This document shows positions 26,537 through 32,000 of a stretch of DNA of 32,000 nucleotides, one piece after another (the first letter of the stretch is position 1; every line of letters begins with the position of its first letter). The notes under the pieces were generated by a model that made no database searches, was not told the origin of the DNA, and worked only from the letters and a program-made list of their open reading frames with translations. Position numbers and translations under genes: made by a program. Origin of the DNA: Bifidobacterium longum subsp. longum JCM 1217 (GTDB taxonomy: Bacteria > Actinomycetota > Actinomycetes > Actinomycetales > Bifidobacteriaceae); contig NC_015067.1 of NCBI RefSeq assembly GCF_000196555.1, positions 750,001-782,000 on the forward strand. The letters run 5' to 3'.

Positions 26537-28074
26537 GCAACAAAACTTCTGGTTTCAAACGTGCGATCGGCATCGTGCTCGGTGTGATCACCATGCTGGT
26601 GTTGATTGCGCTGTTCGTCGTTCTCGTCATGGCCCCCATCCCCAATATCTGGGTGGATAAGGTGACCGCTTCCGATAATGCCATCGACCAGACCGTTAGT
26701 CCGACCCAGTCCGAAACCTACTGCCCGGCACCTATAGGATTGGCCGATACCGGCACGTACGGCGACAGCGCCTTCCAGGCCACTGTCGGCAATCTGAGCA
26801 CACAAGCGCGCTATGCGGCGTTCGGCTCCGTCTACAGCGCCACTGTCTCGGCGATCGGACAAAAGTCCAGTTCAGATGACGTAACTTTGAAAGACGCCGA
26901 TTCGACCGACGATTCCTCGGTGAAAACCGGTGCTCAGAAGATCAATCAGGGAGCTCGTCTGATCAATACCCGTATGCTGCAGGCCGCAGCTGGCACCGGC
27001 ACCGTCGGCACCATCGCATCATGGGCCGATGATGGCGATGTGAGAGGCATATCGGCGGCATCCTGCGTATCGACCTCGCTCAGCCAGTCGTTCCTGCTCT
27101 CCGACAGCACGACCGGTACCACACAGCAGCTCATCGTCTCGAATCTCTCCACCAAGCCGACCACCGTCGACATTGCCGTCTGGGGTTCCGAGACAGCCGG
27201 GAAAATGGCATTGTCCACCCAATCCACGCTGTCTGTGCCAGCCGAGGGGGAGTCCTCGATGGAACTGTCCGCCGCGGTCGATGGGCAGCATGGTCTGTTC
27301 GTGACCGTTTCCAGCAAGGAGACTCCTATCGCGTCCGTGGTGCGCACGGTGACCATGGATGGTCTGACACCGAAGGGTTCTGATTTCGCGCTGCCGCTGC
27401 CGACCGCATCCAATGCATCGGTGGCGCCGTCCATCACTGCCGGCGATGCGGTCACCGCTTATCTGTTCGCCAAGGCAGACACCAGCACCGGGCTGTCATG
27501 GATTACCGCCAAAGGCTTGGTTCCCGCCAAAGATGCCACCGTCACTGCTGATAAAGTGACGGCGATCGACTTGGGAGAAGCTCCTGATGGGGCGTTGGGC
27601 GTGATGTCCACCGCAGAGGACGCCGTGTCGTTCTCCGTCAAGGCCACACGCTCCGGTGACTCCGGCCAAGCCGATTTCGCATTGGTCAATGCCGGCGAGC
27701 CATCCGAATTCTCGGGGTTGGCCCTTCCCGACGGAGTAAAGGCCTCCATCACGCTGGCCAATACGTCCAATGCGCGCAGGACGGTCACCTTGCGCGCCTA
27801 CGATGATGCCGGTGCTTCGGTAACCTCCAAGGAAATCACACTGGATGCGAACGCAGCACAAACGATTGAAGCCGGCAATCTTTCCGGCGATCATGGCACC
27901 GCGGTCGTGCTGATGTTGGAGGACTCATCCAAGAAAGTGAGCTGGGGAGCGCGGTTCAGTCACGATTCGTTGCAAGACAAGGACATCGCCGGATTGTCCG
28001 TCATCGACGCTTCAACGCTGATGCCCGCCACGGTTCATGTCTGGGCTCGGAACGATTCCTCCATCGTCAAGTAG
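26533..28074 (+). CDS. Membrane-anchored extracytoplasmic protein, DUF5719-like
   Basis: ATG overlaps the GT2 stop (ATGA), with a GGAGGAG RBS. It has an N-terminal TM anchor followed by a 480-aa Ser/Thr/Ala/Val-rich, probably beta-rich ectodomain. The DUF5719 assignment rests on conserved position after the GT2 gene in actinobacteria and on pattern memory. Confidence 0.7.
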   Translation: MSNKTSGFKRAIGIVLGVITMLVLIALFVVLVMAPIPNIWVDKVTASDNAIDQTVSPTQSETYCPAPIGLADTGTYGDSAFQATVGNLSTQARYAAFGSVYSATVSAIGQKSSSDDVTLKDADSTDDSSVKTGAQKINQGARLINTRMLQAAAGTGTVGTIASWADDGDVRGISAASCVSTSLSQSFLLSDSTTGTTQQLIVSNLSTKPTTVDIAVWGSETAGKMALSTQSTLSVPAEGESSMELSAAVDGQHGLFVTVSSKETPIASVVRTVTMDGLTPKGSDFALPLPTASNASVAPSITAGDAVTAYLFAKADTSTGLSWITAKGLVPAKDATVTADKVTAIDLGEAPDGALGVMSTAEDAVSFSVKATRSGDSGQADFALVNAGEPSEFSGLALPDGVKASITLANTSNARRTVTLRAYDDAGASVTSKEITLDANAAQTIEAGNLSGDHGTAVVLMLEDSSKKVSWGARFSHDSLQDKDIAGLSVIDASTLMPATVHVWARNDSSIVK

Positions 28075-28126
28075 AAGGGTATGCTCGCCGAAGCGTCAGT
28101 TTGATGATGTTTCGGCGGCGATATAG

Positions 28127-28171
28127 CTGCGGGCCGTGCCACTACCTTATTACAAGTGACACGGCCCGCAG
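28127..28171. terminator. Stem-loop between convergent genes
   Basis: CTGCGGGCCGTG ... CACGGCCCGCAG, a 12-bp perfect stem with a 21-nt loop. The large loop lowers confidence. Confidence 0.35.
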
Positions 28172-28176
28172 TGTTG

Positions 28177-28605
28177 TCACAGGCCCCAGTCGGGGTCGAT
28201 TTCCTCGGGCCTGCGCCCATACAATTCCGCTATGCGGGCCACCAGCTCATCCCTGACGGCCAATTGCAGTTCGAGCTTGGTAGGTGCCTCGGTCTGCAAC
28301 GGCATGCGGTAGAGCACGACTCGTGCGGGAATGCCGTGGCTGGCGGGGAAGCACTGGGACGTCATATTCGGCTCGGTCTGCCAAGGCGTCGGATCCGAAG
28401 GCGGCACATCCTCCACCGCGAACTGGAGCGGACGTATCAGTTCCGGCCACGCTTGGCCGAGCCTGCGAACCTGGGCCGCCACCATATCGTCGAACATGCC
28501 GGTGCGAGTGCGGTAACGGGGCAGACGGGTGCCGAACATCGGGGTTCGTGTGCCGCGACCGTGGCGGTTGCGGTAGATTCGTGCGTTCCAAGGTGGCTGA
28601 AGCAT
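28177..28605 (-). CDS. Zincin_1/DUF1025-like 'metallopeptidase family' protein lacking the HExxH motif
   Basis: Layout RNRHGRG...FDDMVAAQV...LQFAVEDVPP...ARVVLYRMPL...ELVARIAELYG matches small actinobacterial metallopeptidase-family proteins, but no HExxH is present. ATG 28605 has a GGTGGGA RBS; the track start is 28638. Confidence 0.55.
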   Translation of the reverse strand: MLQPPWNARIYRNRHGRGTRTPMFGTRLPRYRTRTGMFDDMVAAQVRRLGQAWPELIRPLQFAVEDVPPSDPTPWQTEPNMTSQCFPASHGIPARVVLYRMPLQTEAPTKLELQLAVRDELVARIAELYGRRPEEIDPDWGL

Positions 28606-28693
28606 GGTTCCCACCATAGGGCATGGCGGAGGCAACATGCGTTAGGATTGGTTCATTGGCTGTGAACATTCGTCAACGAGGGAGGCACGACAA

Positions 28694-29500
28694 ATGGTGG
28701 TACGTTCGTGGTCCGAACTTGATTTCGATAATGTCTGCTCCAACGCCAAGGTGTTCGGTTTCGATTTGGACAACACACTGGCCAGCTCAAAACAGCTGAT
28801 GAAGCCCGCGATGATCGAACGGTTCTGTGCGTTGCTCGACCATACGGTGGTGGCCCTGATCTCAGGGGGCGGCATGGCGGTGGTCACCTCGCAGGTGCTG
28901 GATGTACTCACCCCGAATGCCAGGCGCGGCAATCTGCATGTCATGCCTACCTCCGGCTCCCGGTATTACCGGTGGGATGGCACGCAATGGGCCTTGGTGT
29001 ATGCGCATGATCTGTCCGAAGCCACCGTGGCCGCTGTCTCGGAAAGTCTTGAGCGACATGCCCGGGAACTGGGATTGTGGGAACAGCAGGTATGGGGGCC
29101 TCGAATCGAGAACAGGGGCAGCCAGATCACCTTCTCCGCTCTTGGGCAGTTCGCGCCCGTAGCGGCCAAGCAGGCATGGGATCGCGATAACACGAAGAAA
29201 CAGGCGCTGGTCGAAGCGGTCAAGGCCGATCTGCCGCATATGCGGGTCAGGGCCGGCGGATACACCAGTGTGGATGTCAGCGAATGCGGCATCGATAAGG
29301 CCTATGCCGTGCGCAAGCTGACGCAGACACTTGGCATACGGGCCGATGAAATGGTGTTCGTGGGTGATCGCATGACGCCTACGGGTAATGACTATCCCGC
29401 GGTTGAGGCCGGTGCGATCGGTGTTCGTGTTGAGAATCCGCAAGATACGGTACAACTGCTGGATGCACTGCTTGCGCGATTCGATACTCCAGCTCGATAG
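28694..29500 (+). CDS. HAD-IIB hydrolase, eukaryotic-type phosphomannomutase (PMM) homologue
   Basis: HAD motif I FGFDLDNTL, ALISGG, ENRGSQITFSALGQ, GGYTSVDVSECGIDKAYAVRKL and GDRMTPTGNDYP. These are collinear with PMM2-type enzymes (FDVDGTL ... GDKTMPGGNDHE). GAGGGAGG RBS. Confidence 0.8.
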   Translation: MVVRSWSELDFDNVCSNAKVFGFDLDNTLASSKQLMKPAMIERFCALLDHTVVALISGGGMAVVTSQVLDVLTPNARRGNLHVMPTSGSRYYRWDGTQWALVYAHDLSEATVAAVSESLERHARELGLWEQQVWGPRIENRGSQITFSALGQFAPVAAKQAWDRDNTKKQALVEAVKADLPHMRVRAGGYTSVDVSECGIDKAYAVRKLTQTLGIRADEMVFVGDRMTPTGNDYPAVEAGAIGVRVENPQDTVQLLDALLARFDTPAR

Positions 29501-29509
29501 TGACGCGTT

Positions 29510-30232
29510 ATGGACGGGCCGAGCGTATACAAGTGGTGGCATGCGATGTGGGCACAGGTCTGCAATCTGCTGTTTCCACGCGGCTGCGCTGGGTGTGACG
29601 CGCCGGATGAGGTATTGTGTGCGGCATGCTGGGCCCTGTTCGCGCAATGCCGGGAACGGGATGCAGACAGTGGTGGCGGAGCCCGTATATGGTCCGCATC
29701 GATTTATCAGGGAGCGGTACGTCGTGCCATTCTCGACTGGAAGGACCACGACGATACCGAGCTTGACGGCCCGTTCGGCCGCATCATGGTGTCGCTGCTG
29801 AACAAGACGCCAATACCATCATCATGCTTGGGTCATCGCGTATTGGTGGTTCCGGTGCCATCATCGCTGGCGTCAATGCGCCGAAGAGGACGTGCCCATA
29901 CGGCACCGTTGGCCAAATCGGTGGCAGGGGCATTGCGTGGGTGCGGCGTCGATGCGCGACCATGCAATGCCCTGAGCTCCTCCACCAAGGCACGCTCCGT
30001 GCAGCAGGTCTCTTCGGCACAGCGTGCCCGTCGTATCACCGGTCATGTCAGGGTGAAGCGTGATCTCATCGGCCATGGCGACGCGGTGCTTCTCGTTGAT
30101 GACATCGTCACCACAGGTGCCACCGTGCGGCAATGCGTTCAGGCGTTTCAGCAGGCCGGCACCAAGGTGGTGGGCGTGCTGGTATTGGCGGATGCCGTGG
30201 TGCGACGGTCCGATGACGATATCAACGGGTGA
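29510..30232 (+). CDS. comF: ComF family protein (phosphoribosyltransferase domain)
   Basis: N-terminal Cys cluster LFPRGCAGCD...LCAACW and C-terminal PRTase motif VLLVDDIVTTGAT. Confidence 0.85.
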   Translation: MDGPSVYKWWHAMWAQVCNLLFPRGCAGCDAPDEVLCAACWALFAQCRERDADSGGGARIWSASIYQGAVRRAILDWKDHDDTELDGPFGRIMVSLLNKTPIPSSCLGHRVLVVPVPSSLASMRRRGRAHTAPLAKSVAGALRGCGVDARPCNALSSSTKARSVQQVSSAQRARRITGHVRVKRDLIGHGDAVLLVDDIVTTGATVRQCVQAFQQAGTKVVGVLVLADAVVRRSDDDING

Positions 30233-30534
30233 ATGACATCGGTTACGATGCCCCAGATAGCAGGCGAAGCGCCGTTGCTCGGCATGTAATCGGGGTATCG
30301 CGGATTCTCGGCGTGCAATATGGTGATGCCGGCCCGTGAAACCAGCCGCTTGATGGCGATTTCGTCGTCCATGACAGCCGCAACCACATCTCCGGGGACT
30401 GGTGTTAACGAACGATCGACAATCAGCAGATCGCCGTTGTGAATACCGGCATTGATCATGGAATCGCCGGCCATCTGCATAACAAACAGCGTGGCCTCGT
30501 GCGCCATGGCCTGTGACTCGGATTGCTGTGTCAT
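30148..30534 (-). CDS. S24 peptidase domain protein (LexA C-terminal / UmuD'-like, no DNA-binding domain)
   Basis: MQMAGDSMINAGIHNGDLLIVDRSLTPVPGDVVAAVMDDEIAIKRL is collinear with UmuD residues ~50-100 (Ser in GDSM, Lys in IKRL). GGGAGG RBS before ATG 30534. The track extension to 30807 overlaps the kinase gene. The 3' end overlaps comF by 85 nt. Confidence 0.8.
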   Translation of the reverse strand: MTQQSESQAMAHEATLFVMQMAGDSMINAGIHNGDLLIVDRSLTPVPGDVVAAVMDDEIAIKRLVSRAGITILHAENPRYPDYMPSNGASPAIWGIVTDVIHPLISSSDRRTTASANTSTPTTLVPAC

Positions 30535-30550
30535 GCTGCGCCTCCCACCC

Positions 30551-30576
30551 TGTATTCGAACATCTGTTCGAATACA
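30551..30576 (-). promoter_or_regulatory. LexA (SOS) box upstream of the S24 gene
   Basis: TCGAAC-ATCT-GTTCGA at 30556-30571 is an exact match to the actinobacterial consensus TCGAAC-N4-GTTCGA. It sits within an 11-bp-arm palindrome TGTATTCGAAC/GTTCGAATACA. It is flanked on the minus strand by a TATACT -10 candidate (30582-30577). Confidence 0.8.
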
Positions 30577-30601
30577 GTATACGGTAGGACGTCGGACAAT
30601 A

Positions 30602-31675
30602 TCAGCGTTCGGCGATGTGATATTTAGGCAGGATGATTTCGAAATCGGCACCTCGCGTGTCGTCGACCACTTTGACGGTGCCACCGTGCAATTGGGCCGC
30701 CCAGCGCGCGATGGACAGGCCAAGACCGGTGCCGCCCGACTCGGTGCCGGGACCCGTCTTGCCTTTGACAAAGCGCCGGAAGATGTCCAAACGGTCGGAA
30801 GGCGCAATCTGGGAGCCGAAATTCACCACATTGGTCACGATGGTGCCTTGGTTTTCGTCCTCGTGGGCGTCGACCAGCACGGTGGTGCCGTCGGCCGAAT
30901 GTTTCAGCGCGTTGGCGATGATGTTGGTGAATAGCTGGCGCAGGCGGTCCTGATCGCCTTCCATCGTGATGTCGGCCGGCACGGTGACGCGGATGTCGTG
31001 GGCGTGGCCACCATCGGCGATTTCCAACGGCTCGATGGTCTCGTCAAGAAAGTCGGCGAAGTTGAACTTTTCGATATTCAGACTCGCCGCACCGGCCTCC
31101 ATACGGCTCAGGTCCAGTAGGAAGGCGATGAGATCGGAGAGACGCTGCGTTTGGGTGAGGATGCTCTCCAGATTGGTGGGAGTGGGCTCGGTGACGCCGT
31201 CGGCCATGTTCTCGACCATCGCCTGCAAAGCGGAAACGGGCGTGCGCAGCTCATGGCTCACATTGGCGATCATGTCGCGGCGCATTTTATCGGCATGCTC
31301 GAGTTCGCCGGCCATCTCGTTGAACGAGCGAGCCAGCTTGCCGACCTCGTCATGACGATCCTGATCGATATCCACGCGGACCGTGTAATCGCCATCCGCC
31401 ATGGCTTCGGCCACATCGCGCATCTGGCGTAGGGGAGCGGTGATGCCGCGAGAGAAGAAATAGGTGATGCCCAAGGCCACCACCAAAGTCAGCGGCATGG
31501 CGATCCAACCGGACCAGCCGAATTTCAGGAGGAACCAGCACATGGCAAACGCGATGGCAGTGGCGATAACGATCAGTGCGCTGAGTTCCAGCTTCAGAGA
31601 TGAGAACAAATCAACCGGCTTGACGCGAGGTTTCATCGCATCAAGCCGGGATTGCTGTTGTTTTTTGGATGCCAT
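30602..31675 (-). CDS. Two-component sensor histidine kinase (2 TM with minimal loop, HAMP, HisKA, HATPase_c)
   Basis: H-box ANVSHELRTPVSAL, N-box NIIANALKHS, G-boxes FRRF and GGTGLGLSIA. The start ATG 31675 (or GTG 31678) overlaps the response-regulator stop (GTGATG). Confidence 0.9.
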   Translation of the reverse strand: MASKKQQQSRLDAMKPRVKPVDLFSSLKLELSALIVIATAIAFAMCWFLLKFGWSGWIAMPLTLVVALGITYFFSRGITAPLRQMRDVAEAMADGDYTVRVDIDQDRHDEVGKLARSFNEMAGELEHADKMRRDMIANVSHELRTPVSALQAMVENMADGVTEPTPTNLESILTQTQRLSDLIAFLLDLSRMEAGAASLNIEKFNFADFLDETIEPLEIADGGHAHDIRVTVPADITMEGDQDRLRQLFTNIIANALKHSADGTTVLVDAHEDENQGTIVTNVVNFGSQIAPSDRLDIFRRFVKGKTGPGTESGGTGLGLSIARWAAQLHGGTVKVVDDTRGADFEIILPKYHIAER

Positions 31676-32000
31676 CACGCGGTCGGCGGCTCGAAAGCGT
31701 AGCCCACGCCATGCACGGTGCGGATGGTATCGGCACCGAGCTTATGGCGCAGCGCCTTGACGTGGCTGTCGACGGTGCGGGTGCCGGATGCGTCGACCCA
31801 GTCCCAGACCTCTTCGAGCAGCTTTTCGCGGGTGAGCACCGACTTCGGGCGGCGGGCCAGCGTGGCCAGCAGATCGAACTCGGTGGGGGTCAGATGCACC
31901 TGTTCGCCGTTCACGGTGACGATGCGCTGGGCCGGGTCGATGACCATCGAACCGAAGTCGAGCAGCTTCTCGTTCTCCGAGTTCTTGGCGATGACCTTCG
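31675..32000 (-). CDS. OmpR/PhoB-family response regulator, C-terminal part (5' end beyond window)
   Basis: Winged-helix output domain LTPTEFDLLATLARRP...REKLLEEVWD...TVDSHVKALRHKLG...IRTVHGVGYAFE. The frame is open to the window edge. Confidence 0.9.
   Translation of the reverse strand, partial: KVIAKNSENEKLLDFGSMVIDPAQRIVTVNGEQVHLTPTEFDLLATLARRPKSVLTREKLLEEVWDWVDASGTRTVDSHVKALRHKLGADTIRTVHGVGYAFEPPTA

Noticed and set aside
19418-28074. A complete type VII (ESX-like) secretion locus
   Set aside because: Only the FtsK/EccC-like ATPase is present. No WXG100-size ORFs with the expected helical-hairpin pattern were seen, nor any EccB/EccD/MycP-like genes. The other genes are LCP, WhiB, GT2 and DUF5719 types.
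30535-30807. Upstream extension of the S24 ORF to 219 aa
   Set aside because: The extension overlaps the 3' end of the histidine kinase gene in another frame and would run through the LexA box. The ATG at 30534 has a GGGAGG RBS, and homology to UmuD begins just after it.

Overview
High-GC actinobacterial chromosome, most likely Bifidobacterium (longum-group impression from the enolase, WhiB and Mfd sequences; recollection, not a search). I call 27 CDS (two cut by the window edges) and one tRNA-Leu(UAA). There is no rRNA, CRISPR array, transposase or integrase. From left to right: UPF0182 membrane protein (partial), GNAT acetyltransferase, pth-mfd, aldo/keto reductase, the conserved actinobacterial eno-ftsB-DUF501-ppx block, tRNA-Leu, a small polytopic membrane protein, L-serine dehydratase, FKBP isomerase, greA, hemolysin-III/PAQR, and a zinc-ribbon membrane protein. 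These are followed by a PdtaS-type kinase convergent with whiB1, and an envelope-type locus: LCP ligase, EccC/FtsK-like double-P-loop ATPase, whiB2, a GT2 fused to a large polytopic domain, DUF5719, a degenerate zincin-like protein and a eukaryote-type HAD phosphomannomutase homologue. The window ends with comF, an S24 peptidase-only gene behind a perfect LexA box, and a two-component system (response regulator partial). Points most worth a second look: (1) the WhiB2-linked GT2-polytopic/DUF5719/LCP module and the orphan EccC-like ATPase beside it; (2) the SOS-boxed UmuD'-like gene that lacks a cleavage arm and any umuC partner; (3) a short two-hairpin interspersed repeat with compensatory stem changes that brackets tRNA-Leu; (4) a 13-bp direct repeat with a perfect 16-bp palindrome in the LCP/whiB2 divergent promoter region; (5) a possible frameshifted or duplicated SxxK-helix remnant after the zinc-ribbon gene. 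Many long ORFs in the supplied track are antisense or out-of-frame artefacts of high GC content and are rejected.
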